In this document: piece after piece, positions 1-8,893 of the stretch | How the letters are laid out: each line of letters opens with the position of its first letter | How positions within the stretch are numbered: position 1 is the first letter of the stretch | NCBI GenBank assembly: GCA_963784525.1 | Contig: CAWART010000020.1 | Location: 151,844-215,843 of the forward strand | From: Candidatus Aminicenantes bacterium | GTDB lineage: Bacteria > Acidobacteriota > Aminicenantia > Aminicenantales > Saccharicenantaceae | Reading direction: 5' to 3' | DNA: 64,000 bases | Notes under the pieces: model-generated | Told to the model about the DNA's origin: nothing | The model's input: only the letters and a program-made list of their open reading frames with translations | Database searches by the model: none | Program-made: the position numbers and the translations under genes

Positions 1-1296
1 GGCCTCGTACCGGGCGGGGAGTCCTGCGGCCCTGGCCAGGGCGAGGAAGGCGAACGTGAACTCGGAGCACGAGCCGTTGCCGCGGGCCAGCACGGTCGGG
101 GCGGCGTTCCAGCCGCCCGTCCGCACGTATTCCATGTTCAGGTGCAGGTATCTATGGATCCGGAACGCGATCCAGAAGGGGTTCTTCTCGTCCCCGACGA
201 TCTCTTTGACCAGGGCCCGGACGTACGGGTCCGTCATCTTCAGCTTGGATCCGTCCTGAAGGTATCGCCGACGAACGTCCCCGGGGATCGTCTCCAGGGG
301 CTGGACCCATTCGGGAAGGATGAAATAATTGACGTCCTTCGTTTCCGCCCGCACGGCGAACGCAAGGCCGAGGTCCTTCGCGGCAGGGACCCTGCCTTCG
401 AGCAGGGCGAATTCCTGGCCCCAGTCGTCCTTGACGAACGTCGTCCGGGGCGGCTCGAACGAGGGCTGCGTGAGGAACCTCTGATGGACGTCCTCCGTGG
501 GGACACAGGCGTAGATCCTGGCGGTGACGTCGTCCGAGGGCCCCCGGTTGAGGAGGGTTTCCTGGAGCCGGAGTCCCCGGCGGTGGGGCGCTCCGGAATA
601 GAAGGGCCGGTCATTGAACGCCACGTTCATCGTATAGAGGGCCCGATCCTCGAAGTCGACGACCCAGAGCTCGTTACCCACCTTGACGATGCCGGCGGGG
701 TAAGGACCGGGAGACGGCAGAAAACCGAAAAGCCGGCCGTCCGGGGTGGCCACCCCGATGAGGTTCTTCTGCCGTTCGGCGATCCAGACGTAGGTTCCGT
801 CATAGTGGGCCCCGGTGGCGTCCATGCCCGTGCCCAGGACGTAACTCCGGACCTCCGTCCCGTCGGCGGGGTCGATCTTCAGGACCTTATTCCCCGAGGT
901 GGCCCAGAGGGACGCGCCGTCCCAGGCAAGCCCCGTGACGTCGGCCTCCAGGTCAGCGGCAAGCACCCTGTCCACCTTGTTCTTTTCCGGGAGAAAGTGG
1001 AGGAGGCGCCGGTTGCCTCGATCGCTTATCCACAGGCCGTCGGCGTCGGCTGCGAGCCCCATCGGCTTGTCGCAAGGCAGGGGAGTCGAGGCCACGATCC
1101 TCTTTTCGGAAAGGGAGAACGTGTGGAGCAGGCCGGTCGCGCGGTCGGCGATGACCAGGTTGTTCCGGTACAGGGCCATGCCGAACGGTTGTTCCAGCGA
1201 AAGCGGATACTTGGCCGAAGGGGCCCCGATCTCTCCGAAGACGGCCGGCGGAAAGGCCCATAGTAAAAGGACCAGGCTAAGGACCATTTTTTTCAT
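1..1296 (-). CDS. secreted beta-propeller + transglutaminase-like domain protein (C-terminus runs off the window start)
   Basis: Absent from the ORF track because it has no stop inside the window. My own minus-strand translation from the ATG at 1296 gives MKKMVLSLVLLLWAFPPAVFGE (signal peptide). It ends in GGWNAAPTVLARGNGSCSEFTFAFLALARAAGLPARYEA, the transglutaminase-core Cys motif. The 142..1263 + ORF is its antisense shadow. Confidence 0.75.
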   Translation of the reverse strand, partial: MKKMVLSLVLLLWAFPPAVFGEIGAPSAKYPLSLEQPFGMALYRNNLVIADRATGLLHTFSLSEKRIVASTPLPCDKPMGLAADADGLWISDRGNRRLLHFLPEKNKVDRVLAADLEADVTGLAWDGASLWATSGNKVLKIDPADGTEVRSYVLGTGMDATGAHYDGTYVWIAERQKNLIGVATPDGRLFGFLPSPGPYPAGIVKVGNELWVVDFEDRALYTMNVAFNDRPFYSGAPHRRGLRLQETLLNRGPSDDVTARIYACVPTEDVHQRFLTQPSFEPPRTTFVKDDWGQEFALLEGRVPAAKDLGLAFAVRAETKDVNYFILPEWVQPLETIPGDVRRRYLQDGSKLKMTDPYVRALVKEIVGDEKNPFWIAFRIHRYLHLNMEYVRTGGWNAAPTVLARGNGSCSEFTFAFLALARAAGLPARYEA

Positions 1297-2192
1297 GATC
1301 TTCCCTCCCGTCGCTATTGTACAACAGAACGGGTTCCCCGGGGACCTTTTTTCCGGTTGAAAAGGCAGGATCGTCGAGCGTCGAGAGCCTTGCGAAATTA
1401 GGGCGAATTCTCCGCTTATCGAGAGGCCTTCCAAGGTGTTTCTTATCAGCGACATACAGATAAGGCCTTGTAAATAATAGATAATAAACAAGATAAGCAT
1501 TCATGGAATTCCGGTTCCCACAAAGATCTTCCAATGCTCATGAAAGCGAATCCCATGAATAATCTCCGCCACGCTGGAACGATGAATGAGCGTGCGAACG
1601 AGGCGGCAGGAGATCCCTAGGCCGAAGGAAGAAGCGGTCGATCGAGGAAGACCCCATGCATAGTGAACGGCATAAGCGGCTTCTTCCTTCGATTGTTTTC
1701 GCTTTCGTGTCTGCCGGCCGACATAACGTGTGTATATAACGGGGGCGGGCGTTCGGGCGCTCATATATGAATCGTTCTCTTGATCGTCGCGCGTTCTCAG
1801 GAAGCCGAACGGCAACCGATAGAAGCGGACCGGAGAGTCCCCATACTTGATCAGGATCGGAAAGGTCGGGCAAGAAGCCTTTATGGATGAAGGGAAACGA
1901 GCTCGAAAGAACGAGATTTCCACAACTGCACGAATTATGGGCGATGAAGATATCAACAGGAGCTGAATATCCCTAAATTGTGACACCGCCCGGAGATAGC
2001 CTTGGTGCAATAAATGGGTCGCATAAGGATTATTATGTCAACTATCATTATGAACGGCTCAGAAACAAAGAAATCTCGCCGGCAATATCCGCGAATCTTG
2101 CATCCCGCCGGTTCTGGCAAGTCCCGGCTAAGCTGCAATACCAGTATTATCAGATAGATAGAAGTGAGAAATATAGAGGCGCGGTGCCTGGA
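1297..2192. other. about 0.9 kb lower-GC non-coding island downstream of parB, no convincing ORF
   Basis: Composition drops sharply relative to the flanks. Only overlapping R/S-rich ORFs occur here (1501..2010, 1538..1873), with no recognisable motifs. AGATAA/GATAAG words recur (about 1458-1495 and 2148-2160). Confidence 0.4.
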
Positions 2193-3041
2193 TCAGCTCT
2201 TGGCGGAGGCCTGTTCCCTGAGCTTTCGGACGATGTCCTCGAGGGCGTCGATGATCTCCTGGCGGCTGACCATCTGCTTCTTGAACTCGATCCTCATCCG
2301 ATACTTATCGGTCCCTTCGGGAACATAATTATAGACGTAATATTTTTGCTTTTTGACCTTTCCCTTGAGCAGCTTGGAAAGGTCCCGGGTGTCCTCCCGG
2401 GTCAGCCGGCGATCCACGATCTCCTGGGCGAACGCCATCATGTCGTCCTCGGTCTTCTGCCGGGCGATCTCGATGATGGTGCTGCGGCTGAAGACGCCCG
2501 AGGATTTGATGACCTGCCGGACGGCCTCGGGGATCTTGGAAAGGGAGAGGATCTCGGTGATCGTCGAGCGGGCCTTCCCGATCTTCTCCGAGACCTCCTG
2601 ATGGTTGTAGCTGTACAGATCGATGAGGGCGTTCAGGCCGTCGGCCTCCTCGAAGATGTCCAGGTCCTTCCGTTGGAGGTTCTCGATCAGGGCGATCTCC
2701 ATGGCCTCGTTCTCGGGAACGTCGAACTCGATGCACGGGAGCTCCTTCAAGCCCACGTTCTTAGAGGCGATGAAGCGGCGTTCCCCGGCGATGATCTCGA
2801 AACGGTTGCCGAGGGACCGGACGAGGATGGGCTCGAGCACGCCCTTGGTCCGGATCGAGTCCATAAGTTCCTGGATGTTGCCGAGTTCGCTCCGGGCCTG
2901 ATGCGGATTCGGATCGATCTTCTCGACGGGGATCATCCGGATGCGCGGCCCGTGGGTCCGCGAAGAGATCAGGTCCACGAAATGGTCGTCATGCCGCATG
3001 CCGATGGTTTCCGGGAGCCCGGAACGCTTAATTTTTTGCAC
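2193..3041 (-). CDS. parB: chromosome partitioning protein ParB/Spo0J
   Basis: 282 aa. ParB box IIAGERRF, an HTH region (SEKIGKARSTITEILSL), and a 14-bp overlap with parA upstream. Confidence 0.9.
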   Translation of the reverse strand: MQKIKRSGLPETIGMRHDDHFVDLISSRTHGPRIRMIPVEKIDPNPHQARSELGNIQELMDSIRTKGVLEPILVRSLGNRFEIIAGERRFIASKNVGLKELPCIEFDVPENEAMEIALIENLQRKDLDIFEEADGLNALIDLYSYNHQEVSEKIGKARSTITEILSLSKIPEAVRQVIKSSGVFSRSTIIEIARQKTEDDMMAFAQEIVDRRLTREDTRDLSKLLKGKVKKQKYYVYNYVPEGTDKYRMRIEFKKQMVSRQEIIDALEDIVRKLREQASAKS

Positions 3042-3822
3042 GTTCGATGATCTCCTCGGCGACTTTTTTATACTGGGTGGCGCCGACGGAATCCGGCGCG
3101 TAGGTGAAGATGGATTCCTTGTAAGCCGGGCTCTCTTCGAGCTTGACGCTCTTGGAGATATATGTCTCGAAGAGCTTGTTCCCGAAGACCTTCTGGATCC
3201 GGTCGACGACGTCCCGGGCCAGATTCGTGCGCTTGTCGTGGAGCGTGATGAGGACGCCTATGATCTGAAGGCCGGGATTGGCGATCTTGCGGACCTTGTC
3301 GATCGTCTCGAGAAGGTCGTCGGTCCCTTCGAGGCACAGATAAGAGGACTGGATCGGTATGAGGACGAACGAGGCGGCCACCAGGGCGTTGAGTGTCGTC
3401 AGCCCGAGCGTCGGCGGCGTATCGATGAAAATGTAGTCGTACTTGGGTTTGACGGGCTCCAGGACGTCCTTCAGTCGATAGTGGCCGTCGAATTCTCCGA
3501 GGAGTGACGGCTCGAGCTTGGCCATGGAGATCCGGGCGATGGCGACGTCAAGGCCGGGAATGTTGGAGGGCACGATGATGTCCTCGATCTTTTCATTGCG
3601 GTTCATCATGACGTCGTAGAGAGATTTCTCGCACTTGGACGCTCCGGAGGTCACGGAGATCGTGCTGTGGGCCTGCGGATCGGTGTCGACGAGCAGGACC
3701 TTCTTCCCCATCAAGGCCAAGGCGGAGGTCACGTTGACGGATGTCGTCGTCTTGCCGACGCCGCCCTTCTGGTTGGTAATGGCGATGATCAACGGACTCC
3801 TCCCGGCGCGCTTTGTGTTCAT
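3028..3822 (-). CDS. parA: ParA/Soj partitioning ATPase
   Basis: 264 aa with the deviant Walker A NQKGGVGKTTTSVN. The rest of the sequence is typical of Soj. Confidence 0.9.
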   Translation of the reverse strand: MNTKRAGRSPLIIAITNQKGGVGKTTTSVNVTSALALMGKKVLLVDTDPQAHSTISVTSGASKCEKSLYDVMMNRNEKIEDIIVPSNIPGLDVAIARISMAKLEPSLLGEFDGHYRLKDVLEPVKPKYDYIFIDTPPTLGLTTLNALVAASFVLIPIQSSYLCLEGTDDLLETIDKVRKIANPGLQIIGVLITLHDKRTNLARDVVDRIQKVFGNKLFETYISKSVKLEESPAYKESIFTYAPDSVGATQYKKVAEEIIERAKN

Positions 3823-4137
3823 GGACCGATAGTCCGGTTATATACGAAGAAATGTGAAAATGCAAACACTATTTTAGGGTGCGGCCGGAATTGTCGGCGG
3901 GCCGACAATCCTTATATATATAATAATATCAATAAGATAGGACATTATTAATCAGTTTAGAAATAGAACCTTAATGCAAAAGGCGAGAAAAGGTCCGGAG
4001 ATAACGAGGCGACAGTTCTGATCTGAAATGGGGAAAGGGCCGGGCGGGCGCTTAAAGGAAGAGTCTCGTAACTGATAGAAAACAAATAAGATACAAATAG
4101 TATTGTAAATAGCTGATAATAAAATAAATGCGAGTAT
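3823..4137. other. strongly AT-rich intergenic island upstream of parA
   Basis: Runs such as tatatatataataatatcaataagatagg and aaacaaataagatacaaatagtattgtaaatagctgataataaaataaatg. AATAAGATA occurs twice and AAATAG three times. A GC hairpin sits at 3890-3909 (attgtcgg/ccgacaat, loop cggg). Confidence 0.5.
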
Positions 4138-7100
4138 CTATTTCGCGGATAATGGAATCTCCGCGATGGCCGGAAAAGGTTTGGCCCCGGCCGCCGAGAC
4201 CAGCGCGTTGATCTTGGGAACCTCTCCCTGCAACAATTCATTCAGCTTCGAAGCGGCATTCTCGATGGCCCGCGTGAGGTCGGCGATCTCCGAGACCTCG
4301 GCCATCGTCGGCATGGCCGGGAATTCGGAAATGGCCGGGCCCAGCGAAAGCAGACGGATGGAGAGCGGCGCCCCCCGAAGGGCGGTTTCCAGAGGCAAGG
4401 CGGCCGTCGTGAAGTCTCCCGGAATGATCGCGGCCTCGATGCCCTTCAGGGCGTCGCCGAAGGACGCCAGCGCGGATAGAGCGGAGGCCCCCTTCTCCCC
4501 CATTCGCTCGAGCTCGGGCTTGAGGGTATCGAGGTGGCGCCGGACGTTCTTGGCCGAGGTGACGGCAAGACCGAGGATCCTGGAGGCCCTCAAGATGTCG
4601 CCGACGGCCGCGCACTGGGCCTTCCATACTTCCGCGGGAGGCGTGAGACGCTTATCCCAGGCCAGCTCGAACTCCCGGCGCGCGACCATTCCCCCGGGCG
4701 CGACCTCGACGCTGTATCTGCCGGGGAAAGCGACGGGCAGGGCCCCGAAGACGACCTGAGAGGGCGGATACTTCTGCCCGTCCGAGGCCTCGGGAACGAT
4801 CTGGAGGTTCCACACGGCCCTTTGCAGTCCGGCCTTGGAGCCGAGTTCCATCTCGCCGAGGCTCTTTCCGGACGCGTCCTTCACGACGATCCGGACCTTC
4901 TCTTTGAGGTCGCTCTTGAGCCAGGTCGTGATGTAAGCCCCGACCGGGGGGTTCTTTCCGAGGAACGCGGGCCGGCCGAAGGATTCCGCCTTGAGGGCCG
5001 TCAGCGGGTAGCGCACCGGCCTGATGCCGAACAGGTGGAACTCCGAGGCGAGCACGGGCTCCGAGACCTCGCGGAGGAACGCGATGTCGTCGAGAATCCA
5101 GATCCCCCGGCCGTGCGTACCGATGATGAGGTCGCCCTCCCGCGGATGGACGGCGATATCGTGGACGGCGACCGTGGGCAGATTGTTCCTGAGGGAGAAC
5201 CAGCTGCGCCCTGCGTCGAGGGAGGCGTGGACGCCGAACTCGGTTCCCGCGAAAAGGAGGTTCCGGTCCACGGGATCCTCCCGGATGACATGGACCCAGC
5301 CGAAGGGAAGGCCGTTCGCGAGGGACCTCCACGTCTTCCCGAAGTCGGACGTCGCGTAGATGTAGGTCCGGTAGTCGTCGGTCCGATGGCCGTCGAAGGA
5401 CGCGTACGCCGTTCCGGCGTCGAAATGAGAGGCTTCTATCCGCGAGCACCAGGTATGCCGCGGCAGTCCCGGGATCGCCGGAGCGACGTTCTTCCATGTC
5501 CTCCCGCCGTCCCGCGTCACCTGCAGGTTCCCGTCGTCGGTGCCGCACCAGAGGACGGAGGCGTCGACCGGCGACTCGGAGATCGCGACGATCGTGCAAT
5601 GGACCTCGGCGCCGGTGTTCTCCCGGGATATCGGCCCCCCGGAATCCTTCTGTTTTTCAGGATCGTCGGTCGTCAGGTCGGGGCCCGCCTTTTCCCAGGA
5701 ATGCCCGCCGTCCCGGGTCCGGAACAGGAAGTTGCCCCCGCAGTAGACGACGTTGGTATCATGGACCGAGACCTGGACGGGCGAGTTCCAGTTGAACCGG
5801 TAGGGCCGCTCCGCCAGGGGCGCCGAAGGACGGATGGGCTTCGCGCGGCCGAGCCTCCCGTCGTACCTCTGCAGGCCGTTCATCTGGGAGTTCGAATAGA
5901 CCGTGTCGGGGTCCAAGGGGTCCGGCCGGACGAAGAAGCCGTCCCCCCCGCCGATGGAGACCCAGTCCTCGTTGGTGATCCCCCGGGGGTCGAGGGAAGA
6001 GCTCGGTCCGCCCCAGACCCCGTTGTCCTGGAGGCCGCAGTAGACGCGGTAAGGGGCCTCCATGTCGAACCCCACCTGATAGACCTCGGCGGCATCTATG
6101 CTCTGGACCGCCTGCCAGTTCTTGCCTCCGTCGCGGGAGATGTCGATCCCGCCGTCGTTGCCGTCGATGATGTGGGCGGGGTCCGACGGATCGATCCAGA
6201 ATCCGTGGTGGTCCGGGTGGATGCCCGTCCCGATCGGCCGGAACTTCTGCCCGCCGTCGTTCGACACGAAAAGGCCGGTCGACAGGACATAGACCGTCCG
6301 GTCGTCGGAGGGATCGACGTGGATCCGGCTGTAGTAGAACGGCCGGGAATTGACCCGCTGGAACGTCGGTGTGTCGCAGGCCCTCTTCCAGGAATCCCCG
6401 GAATCGTCCGACCGCCAGATCCCGCCCCCGGCATGCTCGATGAGGGCGTAGACGACGCCCGGCCTGCTCCGGGCCACGGCCAGCCCGATCCGTCCCAGGA
6501 TCCCTTCCGGCAGGTCCTTGACCAGGCGTTCCCAGGTCACTCCCCCGTCGCGGGACCGGTAGATCCCGCTTCCGGGCCCGCCCCCCGAATAAATATAGGG
6601 CAGGCGCCGGTGTTCGTAGGCTGCCGCGTAGACGACGAGGGAGTTCCCCGGATCCTGGGCTATGTCCGCAATTCCTGTATTATCATTTATATACAGAGTC
6701 TTCGTCCAGGTCCGGCCGCCGTCGATGGTCCGGAATACGCCCCGTTCCGGGTTTGGGCCCCAGAGATGGCCCATGGCGGCGACGAGGACGATGTTGGGAT
6801 CTCCCCTGTTGACGAGGATGCGGGCGATGTGCCGTGTCTCTTTGAGGCCCATGTTCGTCCACGACTTGCCCGCGTCGGTCGACTTGTAGACGCCGTCGCC
6901 GATGGTGACGCTGTTGCGGCAGGTGGCCTCCCCCGTCCCGACCCAGACGACGGACGGATCGGACGGGGCGACGGTGACGGCCCCGACGGAGACGGTCGAT
7001 TCCTTGAAGAAAACAGGAAACCATGTCGTGCCGTGATTTTCGGACTTCCAGACCCCGCTCGGCCCGACGGCCGCGTAAATGGTCCCCGGGCGGCCCTCGG

Positions 7101-7296
7101 GGACGTCGATGTCCACCGTACGGCCGCCCATGACGGCGGGCCCGAGCGGCCGCCAGAGGAATTTGTCGAAGAGCCCCGCGAACCTGTCCGCGCTTTGCCC
7201 GGTCGCCGAAGCGGCCGCGACAAAGGACAGGACGGATGCCAGCAGAAGCATGGATGCGAGCGGGCGACGGGAGACGGAAGACCTGAGAGACATCAT
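4138..7296 (-). CDS. secreted sortilin/VPS10-like BNR (Asp-box) repeat protein
   Basis: More than 10 Asp-box repeats (STDAGKSW, TIDGGRTW, SRDGGVTW, TRDGGHSW and others). Start moved to the ATGATG at 7296, which is preceded by GGAGG, giving the signal peptide MMSLRSSVSRRPLASMLLLASVLSFVAAASA. Confidence 0.85.
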   Translation of the reverse strand: MMSLRSSVSRRPLASMLLLASVLSFVAAASATGQSADRFAGLFDKFLWRPLGPAVMGGRTVDIDVPEGRPGTIYAAVGPSGVWKSENHGTTWFPVFFKESTVSVGAVTVAPSDPSVVWVGTGEATCRNSVTIGDGVYKSTDAGKSWTNMGLKETRHIARILVNRGDPNIVLVAAMGHLWGPNPERGVFRTIDGGRTWTKTLYINDNTGIADIAQDPGNSLVVYAAAYEHRRLPYIYSGGGPGSGIYRSRDGGVTWERLVKDLPEGILGRIGLAVARSRPGVVYALIEHAGGGIWRSDDSGDSWKRACDTPTFQRVNSRPFYYSRIHVDPSDDRTVYVLSTGLFVSNDGGQKFRPIGTGIHPDHHGFWIDPSDPAHIIDGNDGGIDISRDGGKNWQAVQSIDAAEVYQVGFDMEAPYRVYCGLQDNGVWGGPSSSLDPRGITNEDWVSIGGGDGFFVRPDPLDPDTVYSNSQMNGLQRYDGRLGRAKPIRPSAPLAERPYRFNWNSPVQVSVHDTNVVYCGGNFLFRTRDGGHSWEKAGPDLTTDDPEKQKDSGGPISRENTGAEVHCTIVAISESPVDASVLWCGTDDGNLQVTRDGGRTWKNVAPAIPGLPRHTWCSRIEASHFDAGTAYASFDGHRTDDYRTYIYATSDFGKTWRSLANGLPFGWVHVIREDPVDRNLLFAGTEFGVHASLDAGRSWFSLRNNLPTVAVHDIAVHPREGDLIIGTHGRGIWILDDIAFLREVSEPVLASEFHLFGIRPVRYPLTALKAESFGRPAFLGKNPPVGAYITTWLKSDLKEKVRIVVKDASGKSLGEMELGSKAGLQRAVWNLQIVPEASDGQKYPPSQVVFGALPVAFPGRYSVEVAPGGMVARREFELAWDKRLTPPAEVWKAQCAAVGDILRASRILGLAVTSAKNVRRHLDTLKPELERMGEKGASALSALASFGDALKGIEAAIIPGDFTTAALPLETALRGAPLSIRLLSLGPAISEFPAMPTMAEVSEIADLTRAIENAASKLNELLQGEVPKINALVSAAGAKPFPAIAEIPLSAK

Positions 7297-7338
7297 GGAG
7301 GCCTCCTGACCTGTTGTTTTACACGGACCTGTTCTTTC

Positions 7339-7367
7339 ATTATAGGACACGCCTTCCATCAAAGCCA
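7339..7367 (-). promoter_or_regulatory. putative sigma70-type promoter of the BNR gene
   Basis: The minus strand reads TGGCTT-N17-TATAAT (TATAAT at 7344..7339). It lies about 42 nt upstream of the ATG, with a GGAGG RBS in between. Confidence 0.3.
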
Positions 7368-7529
7368 GTTCAGGAGGTTTTCGGGACATGGCGGAATCCG
7401 CCACGGCGGCGAAGGATTCGTTCGTCGTGGCGGCAGGCGTTCCGGGACGGCAGCGAGGTCACCCCTGTCCGGAGCCCTTCAAGGGGGCCCGGGCTTCCGA
7501 AGAGGTCCGGCCGGAGCGACCGGCCCCGA

Positions 7530-8867
7530 TCATTCCCCGCCGATCTGCATCAGGGCGACGCGGAAGGTCGGCGCGGTCAGGGCGCGGTCGAGGTCGAGGT
7601 CGTCGGCGACCATGTCGATGCCGTTGAGCATCTCGTCGGCCGAGGCCGCGACGGTCAGCCCCTTGACCGGGAAGGCGATCTTCCCGTCCTCGATCCAGAA
7701 TCCCTCGGCGCCGCCGCTGAAGTTCCCGTTGACGGGGTTGATGCCGTAGCCTGTGACCTCGGTGAGCAGGAGGCCGCGCGCGGTGGCCTTGACGAGGTCC
7801 TCGCGCTTCGCCGGCCCGGCGGCCATGTAGAAATTGTGGGGGCCGATCCCGGGCAGGCTCGTGAAGCCGCCGCGGGACGCGTTTCCCGTGCCGGCGACCC
7901 CCGCCCGTTTCGCGACGATGGTGTTGTACATGAATCCCGAGAGGACGCCCTTGTCCACGACGAGCCTCTTTGCCGTCGGAACGCCTTCCCCGTCGAACGG
8001 CTCGCTGGCGGGTCCCTTGGGCCTCGTCCCGTCGTCGATGAGGGTCACGAGGTCCGACGCGATCTTCTGCCCGAGGCGCTTGCCGAGGAAGCTCGCGCCC
8101 TGGAGCACGGCCTCGCCGTTGACGGCGCCGAGAATGCCGCCGAGAACGGCGTAGGCCACCTCGGTGTCGAAGAGCACGGCGGCCTTCTGGGTCTTGACGG
8201 GCCTCGGATCGAGCCTCTCGATCGCCCGGCGCGAGGCCACCGCGGCGACGGCTTCGGCCGGCTTGAGATCGGCGAACCAGCGCCGGCCGCAATAGTCGCC
8301 GCCCGAGGATCTCTGATCGCCCTTCGCGGCGACGACGGAGACGCCGAAATAGCAGGACGACGACCGGGCGCTCTTGCTCAGGCCGTTGGAGTTGGCCAGG
8401 ATGACCTCCCCCTCCCCTTCTCCGTACCTCGCCCCGTCGCTCGTCGTGATCCGCGGGTCCGCGAGGGCCGACCTCTCGACCTTCCGGGCCAGCTCGATCT
8501 TGGCGTCCATCGGGATGCCCGCGATCTCGGGATCGTAAAGCCCGGCGACCCCGGTCACGGTCTTGTCGTCCGGAAGCCCGTTCGCCGGGTCGGCCGTCGC
8601 GATCCGGGCGAAATCGACGGCCCGGGCGACGGCGTCGTCCAGGGCCTTCTCTCCGAGGTCGTTCGAGCTCGAAAAGGCCATCCGGCCCTTGACGAAGACG
8701 CGGATGCCGGCCCCGGCGCCGGACGCCTCCTGGATGGTCTCGATCTCGCCGTTGCGGACGTCGATGTTCAGGTTCCGGCCGGTCTCAAGATAGACCTCGG
8801 CCGCGTCGGCGCCCTTCTTCAGGCACGTTCTCACAAGCTGTTCCGCCAGCCCCTTGTAGTCCGTCAT
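7530..8867 (-). CDS. pmbA: metalloprotease PmbA/TldE
   Basis: C-terminal 445 aa of the 968-aa track ORF. ATG at 8867 with an AAGGAGA RBS (MTDYKGLAEQLV...). PmbA-like throughout, with no signal peptide. Confidence 0.85.
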   Translation of the reverse strand: MTDYKGLAEQLVRTCLKKGADAAEVYLETGRNLNIDVRNGEIETIQEASGAGAGIRVFVKGRMAFSSSNDLGEKALDDAVARAVDFARIATADPANGLPDDKTVTGVAGLYDPEIAGIPMDAKIELARKVERSALADPRITTSDGARYGEGEGEVILANSNGLSKSARSSSCYFGVSVVAAKGDQRSSGGDYCGRRWFADLKPAEAVAAVASRRAIERLDPRPVKTQKAAVLFDTEVAYAVLGGILGAVNGEAVLQGASFLGKRLGQKIASDLVTLIDDGTRPKGPASEPFDGEGVPTAKRLVVDKGVLSGFMYNTIVAKRAGVAGTGNASRGGFTSLPGIGPHNFYMAAGPAKREDLVKATARGLLLTEVTGYGINPVNGNFSGGAEGFWIEDGKIAFPVKGLTVAASADEMLNGIDMVADDLDLDRALTAPTFRVALMQIGGE

Positions 8868-8893
8868 GATCGTCTCCTTGGTCCTCTTCCGCC

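Noticed and set aside
1026-1034. Perfect DnaA box TTATCCACA.
   Set aside because: It is a single copy inside the coding sequence of the transglutaminase-like gene. No cluster of boxes and no adjacent dnaA/dnaN was seen, so this is insufficient to call an origin.
142-1263. Long + strand ORF (373 aa), together with many similar long ORFs in the track: 4534..7749, 7314..9110, 13909..16005, 16042..18915, 36441..38312, 38083..40116, 40914..42860, 47853..49667, 22294..23190, 24340..25590, 51364..52824, 52796..53959 and 53896..54972.
   Set aside because: Each lies antisense to a gene with clear family motifs. Their translations are D/E/R/G/P/V-rich low-complexity strings typical of open antisense frames in GC-rich DNA, and none shows a recognisable motif.
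1859-1871. GGAAAGGTCGGGC, resembling the RNase P RNA P4 strand (GGAAAGUCCGGGC), with ACAGAACGGG at about 1324.
   Set aside because: The order and spacing of the two motifs are wrong for RNase P RNA on either strand, and the other conserved elements are not visible.
1501-2010. 169-aa minus-strand ORF in the lower-GC island, as a possible mobile-element remnant.
   Set aside because: I could find no recognisable transposase, integrase or toxin motif. It overlaps a second ORF in another frame and has no RBS. I left it as an unexplained region rather than calling a gene.
3853-3862. parS-like half sites (GTGAAA at 3853, GTTTCAC at about 10431, GTGAAAC at about 51195 and about 54913).
   Set aside because: None forms the 16-bp palindrome. 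Isolated half sites are expected by chance.
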